DNA of 64,000 nt from Dictyostelium discoideum (Eukaryota), in contig CM000155.2 in NCBI GenBank assembly GCA_000004695.1, forward strand, positions 128,001-192,000, read 5' to 3'. Positions 11,992-25,425 of the stretch are shown piece after piece; the stretch's first letter is position 1, and each line of letters opens with the position of its first letter. Under the pieces are notes generated by a model. The model saw nothing but the letters and a program-made list of their open reading frames with translations. It was not told the DNA's origin and did not search any database. The position numbers and the translations under genes were made by a program.

Positions 11992-12828
11992 TTTTTTTTA
12001 TTTTTTATATTATATATATATAATATTACAATATTGCCACTTAAATAAAATTTAAAGAAAAAAAATTTGTTTTCAATTTTTTTTAAAAAAAAAAAAAAAA
12101 AAAAAAATAGAAAAATTAATTAATTGCTTTGGCACAAACAGAAAAATTAATTACCTTTTTATTTTATTTTTTTATTTTTTTTTTCTCAATCAAAGATCGG
12201 AAAAAGAAATTTAAGGGGAAATAATCCAAAAAAAGCTTTTTACAAATTTTTTTTTTTTTGTTTGTTGTTATTATTAGAAAAAAAAAAAAAAAAAAAAAAA
12301 AATAATTAAAAAAAAATTAAATTAAAAAATAATTTTTAAAATAAATTAAATTAAAAGAAAAAAAAAATATTTCAAAAAAAAAAAAAAAAAAAAAAAAAAT
12401 TTATAACTGTCATTCGCACAATTACGGAGTGTTGTCACTTAACTTTTAAAAAAAAATGAAAAAAATAAACAAAAACAACAAAAACAACCACAACAATTGA
12501 TTGAATTGATTCATTTGTCTCCACCACTATACACACACCATTCACCCATAATTATCCTGTCACAAAAATTTTAATATCTGTCATAAAAAAAAAAAAAAAT
12601 AAAATAAAATAAAATAAAATAAAAAAATAATAAAATAAAATAATAAAATAAAAACAAAAAAATAATATACACACATACTATTTTTTATAATAATAAAATA
12701 ATTTTTTTTTTTGTTTTGTTTTTTTTTTTTTTTTTCCTTCTTCTCTCTCTTCTCTCTCCCTCAACTTTATCACATATAAATAATAATAAATAACAAAAAT
12801 CAAAATCAAATAATAGTAGTATAAATTA

Positions 12829-13084
12829 ATGATTAATATGATTGATAATAATAAAGGCATCAATAAATTAGATGCAGCAATTTATTATTATCTGGTTGAA
12901 AAAGGGATGGCAAAAACAGCTCTATCATTTTCACAAGAAATGAACTTTGATATTGGTGGGCTGAGTCCACTACTCTCAAATTCATCCCATTTATTATCAA
13001 AAGGTTGGGAACAATTAAATTCAATTGGATTTTTCAATAATCAAAATATTCATATGACAAGTAGTCCAATTAGTATTAATAGCA

Positions 13085-13117
<33 letters not shown>

Positions 13118-13154
13118 GCAATGGCAATAATATTCATTTAAATAATAGTCCACC

Positions 13155-13190
<36 letters not shown>

Positions 13191-13605
13191 CAACCCGCCA
13201 AATTTCTTAGGTAACAACAATACAAATAGTAATAATAATAATAACAATAATAATAATAGTAATAATAAAAACAGCTTTTTATTTCAAAATCCAAACCAAA
13301 TAGCAAATCCTTCTTTTTTTTCATCAGCCAATCCCTCAACTAATAATATAATACCGCCAAATCCAAATCCAAATTCTAATAATAATAATACTGGTAATAG
13401 TGGAGGCTTAATTTTAGATAATTCAGCCACAAACTTTTTCCAAAATGTAAATAGTAGTGACAATAATAATAACAACAATAATAATAGTGGTAATAATGTT
13501 AATAACAATAACACGAACCAATCCATTTTTCTCTCATCTCAAAAACAACCGATTCAAACCGAACCAAAAAATAATACTAACAACACCAATAATATTAATC
13601 CAAGC

Positions 13606-13658
<53 letters not shown>

Positions 13659-15261
13659 CAGTAGCAGTAACAATACCAATAATAATAATAATAATAATAA
13701 TATTGATAATTTACAAAGTTCAATTTCATCACAATTACAATTATCATCCCCACCGTCAAGTTCCCCAATTGCAACATCAGCAATGTCCCCAAATAATTTG
13801 GATACAAACCAAATACTCCATACAATAGGGTGCAATATCGAGCATATTCACAATCAATTTTGTAATATGTTGTTTCAAAATCAAACAAATTCATCACCTT
13901 CTTTGTCTACCTCTCATACTTCAATGAACATAACTAACGAGCCAGCAAAAATTTTAGATAAAAAATCACAATTTTCAATTCAATCTCAAAATGATGATAA
14001 TAATACTACTAACAATAATAATAATAATAATATTAGTAATAATAATAATAATAATAATAATAGTAGTAATAGTAGTAATAATAATAATCATGGTAACAAT
14101 CGCAATATTCATAATCATTCACATGGACATAATCAACACAACCATGGCCATGGTCATAATCAACACAACCATGGACATAATCATGGCCATCATAATCATG
14201 GGCATGGACATAATCATGGACATCACAATCATGGCCATCATAATCATGGTCATAATCATAATCATAATCATGGTCATAATCATAATCATGGAAATCACAA
14301 TAATGGCCAAAATACTCCAATTCACAATCATTTTTCTAGTGCACCAATACCAATTGGATCTAATAATAATAATAATAATAAAACAACCACTACAACAACT
14401 ACTACAACAACAACAACGAATAGTTCATCACCAAGTGATGGAATTAATTTCAATTTAAATAGTAATAGTAGTGATGTTGAAAGTTATTTAATAAAATCCA
14501 TTGGTGAAGGAGGTGAAGAGAAATTCACATGTGACTATCAATCATGTGGTAAATCATTTAGTACATTGGCTATATTTAAACGACATTTAAAAGAACATAC
14601 TGGTTGTAAACCATTCGTTTGTACTGAAGAGGGTTGCAATAAAAGATTCTCAAGAAAATTCGACTTAAAGGTACATTTACGTTCTCATACAGGTGAAAAG
14701 CCTTATCTTTGTACATTCCCTGGTTGTAGTAAAAGATTTGCTCGTTCCTCTGATTTACGTCTTCATCAAAGAATTCATACTGGTGAGAAACCTTTTGTAT
14801 GTGATTGGGAAGGTTGTTCAAAAAGATTTATTCGTCAAGCTGATTTAAAAAAACATAGAAAAACACATCAACTTAATAATAATAATAATGCAGCAGCAGC
14901 ATCATCATCATCTTCATCATCTTCGTCACATCCACATGTTCATAGTGTTGGTTGTGGTCATACAGCAATAGCTCATGAAGGTCATATCGATTTTTTACAC
15001 GATCGCCATTTACATTCAATGAATCATGATCATGTTGATCATAGTATTGAAGTATCCGAAACCAATCCTACAAGTTGTACTCCTAAATTCGTTTGTAGTC
15101 ATCATCCTGATGGTTCTTCTCATTCAATGGATTGTGGTCATGAAATTGTTCCACATTTTGACCATTATGATTTCTTGGTCGATGGTCATCTTCATCATGT
15201 ACATGAAGGTCATTGCGATAATCATGGTTGGGTTGAAGTAATAAATAACTTTATGAAATAA
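12829..15261 (+). CDS. LisH-motif / 4x C2H2 zinc-finger nuclear protein with poly-Asn tracts, a (HGHN)n histidine-rich region and a Cys/His-rich C-terminal domain
   Basis: Continuous 810-aa ORF. N-terminal LisH-like 'LDAAIYYYLVEKGMAKTALSF'. Four tandem C-x4-C-x12-H-x3-H fingers at 'FTCDYQSCGKSF...HRKTH'. An ~60-aa run of H/G/N (14100-14320). The C-terminus has two copies of 'H.DFL.D.HLHH.HEGH'-like Cys/His motifs. Confidence 0.8.
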
Positions 15262-15652
15262 TCAATTTTTTTTTTTATTATTTTTATTCTTTCAAAAAAA
15301 ATAATTTTTAAAAAAAAAAAAATCTTTTTGAAAAAGCAATAAAAATAAATAAAAAAATCTTTTTGAAAAAGCAATAAAAATAAATAAAAAAATAAAAAAA
15401 AAAAATATCCACATTGGTAAACTAATTTTCATCATCATAAAAAGATATTTTCAAAAAATCCATTGAATTTTTTTTTTTTTTTTAAATTTTTACTTTCACT
15501 TTTCAAAATATCTGTTTCGTTTGAAAGATATTTTTTTTTTTTTTTCAATTTTATTTTTTTTAATTTCAATTTTAATTTTTTATAATTAAAAAAAAAAAAA
15601 ATCATCATCATAAAATTTTATTTTTTAATATTTATTTTTCAATTAAAGCAAG

Positions 15653-17741
15653 ATGTCAAAACTATTAAATATTATTTTTATTTTAATTTTAACAATTTCA
15701 TTTATTAATTGTCAAGAAATTATTAATATTTCAAATGGTCCAATTAGAGGTATAGTTTTTTTTTTTTTTTTTTTTTTTTAAATTATAAAAGTATTAATTA
15801 ACTAATTTATTTTAAATCAATAAAAGGTAATTCATTTGATTCACATAAAGAATTTTTAGGAATTGGTTTCGCACAACCACCAGTCGATCAACTTCGTTGG
15901 AAATCACCATTAGCACCATCACCATGGTCTGATGTTTATGATGCAACCTATGAAAGATTACCTTGTGCACAAATTTGTAATTTACCACCAGAACTTTGCA
16001 CAAATACATCAACAGAAGATTGTTTATATTTAAATGTTTTTACACCAAATATTGATTTCTCAACAATTCAAGAACCATTACCAGTTATGTTTTTCATTGC
16101 TGGAGGAAGGTATATATTTATATTTTTATATTTTTATTTTTAGGTAATTTATATAATAATAATAATAATAATAATATTATTTCAAATCATTTGTTATTAT
16201 AAATTTTTTTTTAATTTATATTTATATATAGATTTGAAATGGGAAGTGGATCAGGAGAGCTTTATAATGGAACTAAAATGGTAAATTCATCAAATATTGT
16301 TTTTGTTAGTATAAATTATAGATTAGGTATTTTTGGTATGCTTCAAACTGATACAATTTCAGGAAATTTAGCATTCGAAGATCAATTATTAGCATTGAAA
16401 TGGGTTCAACAAAATATTAAAGCATTTGGTGGTGATCCTAATCAAGTTACAGTTTTTGGTGAAAGTGCAGGTGGTACAAGTTGCGCACTTCATTTAACAT
16501 CACCAGCTTCTGCTGGTTTATTTTCAAAGATTATCATTGAATCAAATCCATGGTCTTTACCAATCAAAACAATTGATGAAGCTAAAGATTTGGCTAAAAT
16601 TTTCGCCAAAGATTTAGGTTGTGATATTAATGATAATGCTTGTCTTTACTCTAAAAATCAAGAAGAACTTTTACTTGCAATGAATATTAGTCAAAATCAT
16701 TTTAATGTTTTGGCACCACTTTTAACTTTTCTTCCATGGACTCCAGTTGTTGGTAATTATTATAATTAATAATTTTTTTTTTTTAATTCTTATTTTTTAT
16801 AATTATTAATAATTTTTTATTTTGTTATTATTATTATTATTTTAAAGATGGAGTTTTAATTACTGATCAACCATTAGCACTTATTCAAAAAGGTGATTAT
16901 AATAAAGTACCAATTATTGTTGGTACAGTTCGTAATGAAGCATTGGTTTTTGTTGCTGGTGTAAGTATAATCAATAATTATTATATTTAAATAATTTATA
17001 ATATTATTCATAATATATTAATATATTTTTTAAAAAAAGATTGCATTAGATATTAGTAAAATTGAATATATTGGTGGATTAATTGATATATTCGGACTTT
17101 CTCATGAAATAAAGATATATGAATTATATAAACCATTTATCAATGGTTCAAACTTTATGGATACACTTGGAGTAGTTGGTACTGATTATATTTTTGTTTG
17201 TCCAGTTAGAAATGCTGCAATGTATTTATCAACCAATTCAGATTTTCCGGTTTATACTTATCAATTCCAACATGTTTCAAGTTTTAATCCATACGGTAAT
17301 GGTTATGATTATTGTGCTGATCAAGTTTGTCATGGTAATTATTTTATATTGAATATATACATATATATGTTTATATTTATTAATTTTTTAAAATCAATTA
17401 TCACTTTTAATTGTGTTTATATTAATAATAATTTCATTTTATTTTATTTATTTTTTTTTTTTCATTAAGGACTTGAATTACCATATGTTTTTGGTAATGC
17501 TGGACAATATACATTTAGTGCACAAGAACAAATTTTATCAACAAATATGCAAAATTATTGGACAAATTTTGCTGTAAATGGAAATCCAAACATTGGTAAT
17601 CCAGTTAATATCCAATGGACTCAATATAGTAAATCAAGTGATGATATGTTAACTTTAGACACACCAAGTTATATGCAATCAAATTATTTAAAAAATTATT
17701 GTGATTATTGGGATTCTTTGGGTTATCAAGTTGGTTGGTAA
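15653..17741 (+). CDS. Type-B carboxylesterase/cholinesterase-family secreted esterase; 6 exons 15653..15749, 15827..16109, 16232..16752, 16848..16960, 17040..17334, 17470..17741
   Basis: Signal peptide 'MSKLLNIIFILILTISFINC'. 'EDCLYLNVF', nucleophile elbow 'FGESAGG' and 'VPIIVGTVRNE' are present. All splice junctions were checked for GT..AG and phase. Exon translations are contiguous with esterase family order. Confidence 0.75.
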
Positions 17742-17940
17742 TATTTTAAAGAAAAAAAAAAAAAAAAATAAAATAAAATAAAATTATTAGATAGATTTTA
17801 AAAATAATAATATTCTTTATCTGTTAATAGATTTTAAAATGTTTTTTCAAATAAAATTATACATTTAAATTTTTAATATTTAAAAACTTTTTATTTATTT
17901 ATTTTATTTAAAATTAAAATGGGTGATAATGAGTTTGAAT

Positions 17941-20900
17941 TTAAAAACCTGGTGGTTTAGCTTCTTTGATTACAGCACCATATTGATTACTAAGAACAAG
18001 AATTGATAATTTAGAAACATTTGAAATATCTAAAGATGAAACTGTTGAATAATCAAAGTAACCAGCAATATCTGTGTAACCATCTTTAAAGAATTCAACT
18101 GAACCATTTTTGTTTTTACTATAAACTTTGATATAGGTCTTTGAGATTGGTTGAGATTTTTGTTTATGAACAACTCTGAGTTGACCAACCTTTTCAGTGA
18201 TATATACGGCAAGATTATTGGAGTAAACGGTAATATTGTGATGAATTTGAGCTGAAACTACATCAATAACAACATTGCTATTGGCAAATTCATTTGGAAT
18301 CTTAAAGTTAAAGGTACCAGATTTATCTTTGAGTAAGAATGATTCCTTCTTATTTGGAGTAACATAAAGGAAGTGACCCAATTCTTGTTGAACGAATGGA
18401 TTGGTTGAGAAAAGATGTTCAATATCCATTACATAGTAACTAACGGTAATATCAACCAAATTACTATAGTTGACAGAGATTGTTCTATTTGATTCAGAGG
18501 AAATATCAAAAGTTGGTTCATTTGAGGCCATTTTATTTTGTCTTCTTTCTCTATCAATTTCTTTTTCATAATCAATTTCAACGGAATCTTTATTGGAAAC
18601 TTGATCAACTTTGTTTCTTAAATCTTTAAATAATGAATTCCAACGTTGAACTGGATAGTTTTCATATTTCTTGCTATTCTCTGCAGCAACTGTTGGATTT
18701 GGATTAAAGAAGTCTAAATAGGATAATAAGTAATCATATTGAACTTTCATTTCTGGTAAACAACTTGGTTGATTAAATTCTGACATATCAATTAATGGTT
18801 CATCGTCATCATCTTCTTCATCATGTTCATCATGATGATGATCATCATGTTCATCGTCACTTGCAATTTTCTCTGGTTTAATTGATTCTTGAGAGGTTGC
18901 AGTGGTAGTAGTAGTGGTAGTAGTAGCTTCGGTTGTTGTTGTTGTTGTTGGAGTAGCTGGATCAACTGATGGAGAAGTTGCTTCAGAACCAGATTTCTTT
19001 TTCAATTTCTTTTCTTCTTCTTTCTTTTTCTTTTCTTCTTTTTCTTTTTTCTTTAATTCTTCTTTTTCTCTCTTTTTATCTTCTTTTTCTTTTTGTTTTC
19101 TTTCTTTTTCTCTTTGTTTTTCTTCTTTTTCAAGTTTCTTTTTATCTTTTGAACTATCAGTAGTGGTTGATAAATTTGAAGAGGAAGAAGAAGAAATTAC
19201 TGATGAATGAGTTGATTTTGAATCAGTAGTGGTTGAAGAAGAAATTAATTTTGGAATTGAAACTGGATGTTTACCAATTCTCTTCATAATTTTAATTGAT
19301 TCATCAAATCTATCTTGAAGTAATAAATAATAAGCTAAAGAAAGTAATTCAGTATCGGATGGATTTAATTTCAATGAAAGTAAACTACAGAATTCATAAT
19401 ATTGATTTGATAATTTATTATTAAGAATCTTTCTTTCATCACCAATTTGATGAGTTCTTGAATTAACCAATGGAGAGTATTCCAAGAATTTGATGAAGTT
19501 ATTTTCAAATGGATCAACATAAATGGATGGTGCATCGATTGATTTCATTGATAAGGAATGAATTTGTTCAGAGAGGTAATCTTTCAAGTAAACGAAATTC
19601 TTATGATGAATAGAGAATGACCAAGTGATAGATTCATAGAATTTCAATTTCTTTAAGAGTTCAATTACTTTATCCCAAACTTTCTTATCGGTATATCTAT
19701 GATAGAGATGATAGAAATCAACACGATACAAATTGTTCTTTGATAAATATTCCAAGATTGATTCCAATGTACCTTGATTTGCAATGTATTCCCATGATAA
19801 ATGATTGACAATAGATGGTTTTAAAACTACACTAAAGGTGAATGGTGTAACATTGGCAATAATATTTTGTTTCTCTGAAACGTGAGCAGGGAAATGTGGG
19901 AATTTACCAGCTTCTGGGAAATAGAAATAATATTGTAAACGAGTGGTACTATATGCAGATAGATTAACAGATTTAGAACGTGTTACAAATGGTGATGGAC
20001 CAACAGCAATTGAACCCTTTGGAATCTCTAAAAGGGCATCCAATTTCTTTTGTTTTGAAGAAAGATTTGCAATTACAACCATTGCACCATAAACCTTTGA
20101 GACAAGGAATTGGTCATTGATATAGAGTTCCTCTTGTTCACCATCTATATAGGTGAATTGATTTTGTGGATCAAAGAAATGTTGAGTTACCAAAATATCA
20201 GATTGTTTTTCAATGCTTCCAGATACCAACTCTTGATGGAAAACAACGATTGGTGTAGTTGGTTTCATTGATAATTTTCCATTCTTTGGTCTAACTTGAG
20301 TGGTATTATCCTTTACAGTGAATGGGAAATCCAATACTGAAAGAGCCATCATTGATTCAGCAAATGATGAACTAATGAATGCAATGTATTTACTAACAAA
20401 TGGTGTTTTGCTTTGGCTCTTGATATGATTTGCATAGTCTAACCAAAATTCATTGACTGGAATCAATGACGAATGTGGATTCAATTGTTTATAATAGTAA
20501 GTTTCTGCTAATTCTTCAGTTTTTTCAATTGGTTGATAGATTTGTGCTGCTTCATAGGCACGAGTAATTGGAGCTGGTGGTGCTGGTGATGCTGATGCCA
20601 ATCTGGCTGATCTCAATGCTGCCATTGGAACTGCTCCAGGTGCTGGACAAGGTGCTGAAGCCATCATCATCATTGGTGCAGCACAATCCATCATTAAACT
20701 TGTTGATTCTTTATTTACCATTTTCTTTTTCATTGGAGCTCTCTTAGCATCACCAAAAGAATTGCTATTAGTAGTATTATTGTTATTGTTGCTATTGTTA
20801 TTGTAGCCGAAACCACCACCACCTCCAACACTCATTGGTTCTAAATTACTACCATCATCATAAAGATCATCATCACCACTCTTTAAACTTTCAATATCAG

Positions 20901-23892
20901 TATCTAATTGATTTAAAGCGATCTTGAAATTTGTATCATATTGAGATGGTGAAATTGGAGAGAAGCCAACTTTTTGTTTCAAAAGATTTGAAATTGAATC
21001 TGAATGTTCTGGGAATAGCTCACCTAATAAAACCATTTCCAAAGCATTTAAAGTGTTGAATCTATTTGAATCGATAACAAATATTTCCAATTTCTTTCTA
21101 TCGGCACATAAATAATGATCAATGAATGTTTTATAACCTTTAGTTTGAACCAATGGTAATACAACTTGATCAAAGAATTCCTTATCCTTTTTATAGATGA
21201 AAAAGTTTAATTCATGGCAAGTGAACTTTGAGAATTTCTCTTTCTTCTTTTCAAATGATAATGATTCCCATTCTGCAATGAAAGAAAAATCTTGAAGATA
21301 ACTCTTATTCAAAGTTTTCATTAAAGATAAAACTTTATCTAAACTATCGTATACTGTATATTTTGAAGAGTTTACATTTAAGATTTCAAATGGTGAATTT
21401 GGTTCAACAGTTGTAATTAATTTCTCTTCTTTATAATGTAAAGATGAATCCAATGGTCTAACTAATTTAGTATCTTTGAAATGATTAATCGATGATGATG
21501 ATGATGGATCAGAAATAACAATCTCTTTTGTAAAGATAGAATCATTATCAACGGCATGGATATGAATTGTTGAACCAGCTTCTACTAATTGAGAGAGATC
21601 AATATTTACTATACCATCAGTTGATGATGGTTCAAGATTTAAAAGTAAAATTGATGGATGTGAAAGAAACTCTAAAAATGGTGAACGATTTGTTGAAGAA
21701 ACTCTTCTCTTTTCAACTTGTCTATTTCTCATTGATTTTTCATCCTTTACTTCAGATTCATTGTATTTACTTGCTTGTTTGAGTGTGTTTGTAGAGTTTG
21801 TAGTTTTACCAATTGACCATGGTTGAACCAATAGACTTGGTTTCTTTAATGAATTACCAGGTAATAGTTTTTTACTAGTTTTTCTATTTAAAATGTAATT
21901 AACTTCATCACCTAATGATCTACCATTGAAATATAATGATTTTGGTTTAACGCTATATTCTTGATAAGATTGAGAAGTACCACGTGATAAAGATAAACTT
22001 GAATTTAAAGAATTTGTTGGTTCAAAGTAACTTGAAAAAACGTGAACTCTAGTTGAAGGGCTATGATTCTTAAATTTAACTTGAAGTTGATTATGTTTAG
22101 TATCAATGTTTGTATCAAAGAATAAAGATTTTACATTTGATTCATTGTATGAAACAATTCTTGATGGACCAACTAAATAACCTTCTCTAAATTGACCATC
22201 GACAACATCAATTAAAATCTCAACTGTATTACTTGATTGAATTGAACCTGCTAAAATCAATAAATATCTACCAACACCTAAACCATTGATAAGTAATTCA
22301 TTTTTATTTTCAATTGTTACAGATTTCTTTAAAAGGTCATGAACAACGAAATTTCTATCATCAACACCACCCAATTGGAAAAAGTTGATTTGTGAATGTG
22401 AAACTGATTTTTCATTACCAAGATATGGTAAACGAATGGTTTCACCCAATTTAATGTTAATTTGAGATGGATAAGTGAATTGTTGTTGTCTTTTAATTGG
22501 GAAATTAAAGGTTGCATAGGAACCATTTACATTTAATTGTTCGATATCAGCCAAAGAACCTAAATGAATTTTACCATTTTTATCGGTTTTCAAAGTGGTA
22601 TAAATTCTTTCAGAGGTTAACCAATGTTGGAAATCCATTGAGACATCCAAATGAGAGAATGGATCACCACCTTTACCAAGATGACAAAGTTGATAACCTA
22701 ATGAACACCCATCTTTAGCTAGACAACGTTCTAAATAGAATTCAGAGATTTGATCAGTTTGATTGATAGTATTAACTTGGAAAGTGGATTCAAATGAAAG
22801 AGTCTCTTGATTATTATTTCTACTAAGAGCACGAACTTTAGCTTCGAAACGAACAGTCAAACTATTTAAACCTTCTTGAACTTTATATTGATATACAGAT
22901 TCTTTATTATCGAATAGAGCAAATGGTTTAATTTCCTTTGAGTTTACAACTGGTGATTCAGAATTATCAGAACTTGTAATGGTGAGAGATGGTTCCTCGA
23001 GATAATTGTTTGAGATTTGAGTATCACCCAAGAACAATTTAACTCTTACAACGATTGGAGCCTTTTCATTTTGAAGTAAACTTGAGTTTTCAACGAAAAT
23101 ACCACCACTTAAAGAGTAATGTTCCGATTGATGAGTGAATTTCTTTAATGAAGCAAATACATCGGAATCACCAATCTTTGCCATTAGAATGATACTCTTT
23201 TGTGAGGTAGATGAAGAGAATGGTATTTTAATATCACCATCATCATTGCTATTGTAGGCATTTCCATCGATGTAAACTGAACTCTTTTGAACTTTGATTG
23301 AATCTTGATCAATGATTTTAATGACTTGACCAATTGGTGAGGTTTCAACAATGAAATGAAGGTCACCCTTTTGAATCATTGATCTACTACTCTTACCATT
23401 ACCAATGAATTCAATTACGAAAATACCTCTCTTTCCTTTAAGATTTGGAAAATCGAATTTCTTTTCAACCTTTTCAATTGGTGCTTGCTCTGAATAATCA
23501 AATGACAACTCTTGACTTGCAATTAAACCATCCAAGTTAATATTTGAATCGATTTTCTTATTTTCACTCTTATAATAATTGAATGTTGAAATTTCAAATA
23601 CTTTTACCAAAAGAGTATTTACATTTTTAATTGCACATTCAATGACTACATCATCATCTGGATGATAATATTCTCTATTGGTTGGTAAGAATTCAATATC
23701 AACACGATCTTTCAACTCTTGTACCTTTGTATGATTATCAATCATTTCAATCCATTTCTCTGGTGAACTATCATTTGATAATAATTTACTCTCTGCTAAT
23801 ATTAAATTTAAATAATTTGGTCTAAAATAACTTTGATATGATTTAATACTATTTTCTTTTAAAAATAATTTTTTTAATAAAAATGAAATCTA

Positions 23893-23932
<40 letters not shown>

Positions 23933-25138
23933 AAGTTAATAATAAAAAAAAGAAATTTAATAATATTATATATATTTAAAAAAAAAACTTACTAATTTTT
24001 CATCATCATCTTGTGATACAGATTTTAAACCATTAAAAGAATCATTAAATTTTGATAATTGTGGATTTGATTTTAATCTATCTGGTTCAACATAATAATA
24101 TGTATCTCTTGGTAATTGAAAATATTTTTCAATTATTGATTGATCATATTTATTATCAGAAATTTGGAATTTAATATAATGATGATAGATTAATAATTTG
24201 AAGGTGTTTAAAGATGTTGGAAGATTTGAAACAAATTTTGAAGCAGATTGATAAAATTGTTCTTGTACTGGTTTAAGAGTTTCCCAATCATGTAATTCAT
24301 TGGTTGGTAATAATTTCTCTAAATAAAGTTTAACATAGGCTGAATCTAAATGCTCTGGATTCTTTTCAATGTGTTTCTCCATTTGTTCCAATGTTAAATT
24401 TTCATGAATTTTCAAAGAACCAAATGAACCCTTATGATGACTTAACAATTGTTGTAATTTATCATTTGGTACAATTGGGTACTTTAATTTTTGTACAATC
24501 GATTTCTCGGCAGATTCTGGTAATGTGAAATTATTTAATACATATTCGAATGAATTTGGTGAAATATAATCAACCTTGTATGGATACTGATTGATAATAC
24601 TTTCAATTACTGTTTTTTTATTTACAAGTGATTCATCTAATGTTGATTCTGATTTATCGTCATGTGATGATGATGATGATGATGAAGGTGTAGTTGTTGT
24701 TTCTGTGGTTGGTGAAGTTTGATGAGTAGTTTGAGTATATGAAAATGTTAAACTAAGGAGGTATCTTAATTCTTCAAACATGTCATTTACATTATTTGCT
24801 AATGCTGATGGATTTACATTATCTTGTCTAAAAGATAATAATTTTTGTCTAAGATCAACTGATTTATATTGTTGAGTGGATTCGTAATTGTTATTTCCTC
24901 CATATGGTGTTACTGGTATTGGTTTTGATTCTGGTGACCAATCTTTCATTAACTTTTGATACTTTTCTCTATTTTTACTGTCGGATAATGTTGGATCAAC
25001 ATTTAATAAATGAATAACATTATAATAGAAATATTGTGGACTACCACCTATCAATGTTCCCAATAATTTCTCTTTCTCTTCAATATCACTTGCTAATACA
25101 TAATTTTCTTCAAATTTTTTATTATTTGAAACTGTCAT
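17941..25138 (-). CDS. Very large (~2364 aa) protein of unknown function; exons 17941..23889 and 23993..25138
   Basis: ORF 17941..23745 is open upstream to a TTATTAG acceptor (23890-23896). ORF 23966..25216 (real start 'MTVSNNKKFEEN' at 25138) ends at a GTAAGT donor after '...DDDEKL' at 23987-23992. Both exons are phase 0. Internal features are a Lys/Glu coiled-coil-like stretch, Thr-rich runs and a GC-rich Ala/Pro/Met-rich segment. Confidence 0.55.
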
Positions 25139-25391
25139 TTTTTGTTTCCTTTTCCTTTTTTCTTTTTTTCTTTTTTTCTTTTTTTTTTTATATAAATACA
25201 AACAAATAAATTTCAATGATTAGAAAAAAAAAAAAAAATATAATTTAATAAAATTAATTAAGAAAAAGAAAATTAAAAAAGTTTTATAGTGAAAAAAAAA
25301 AAAAAATTTAAAAAAAAAACAGTGTTCTTTCAAACCATGAACAGGCAATAAAATTAAATTTAAATTAAATTTATTTTATTTGAATTATTTT

Positions 25392-25425
<34 letters not shown>

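Noticed and set aside
12544-12551. Second 'ACCCATAA' upstream-element-like octamer, upstream of the C2H2 gene
   Set aside because: Downstream sequence is pure A/T with no candidate ncRNA. An 8-mer match is expected by chance several times in 64 kb.
13554-14331. Minus-strand and alternate-frame ORFs (13554..13835, 13595..13897, 14033..14320, 14119..14331; similarly 34438..34638, 35152..35361, 39034..39318, 44222..44431) made of poly-L/Y/I/V/M
   Set aside because: They are frame shadows of AAT/CAT/ACA trinucleotide repeats that encode poly-Asn/His/Thr in the real genes on the other strand. There is no start context and no non-repeat content.
23966-25216. N-terminal extensions 'MKFICLYLYKKKKKKRKKEKRK...' of ORF 23966..25216 and 'MNHFILIIYFYLYEKKKK...' of ORF 6733..7548 as the true protein starts
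   Set aside because: These are read-through of A-rich 5' flanks. The first ATG with Dictyostelium start context (aaaATG) that is followed by non-repetitive sequence (MTVSNN..., MTDQTT...) is the more plausible initiator.
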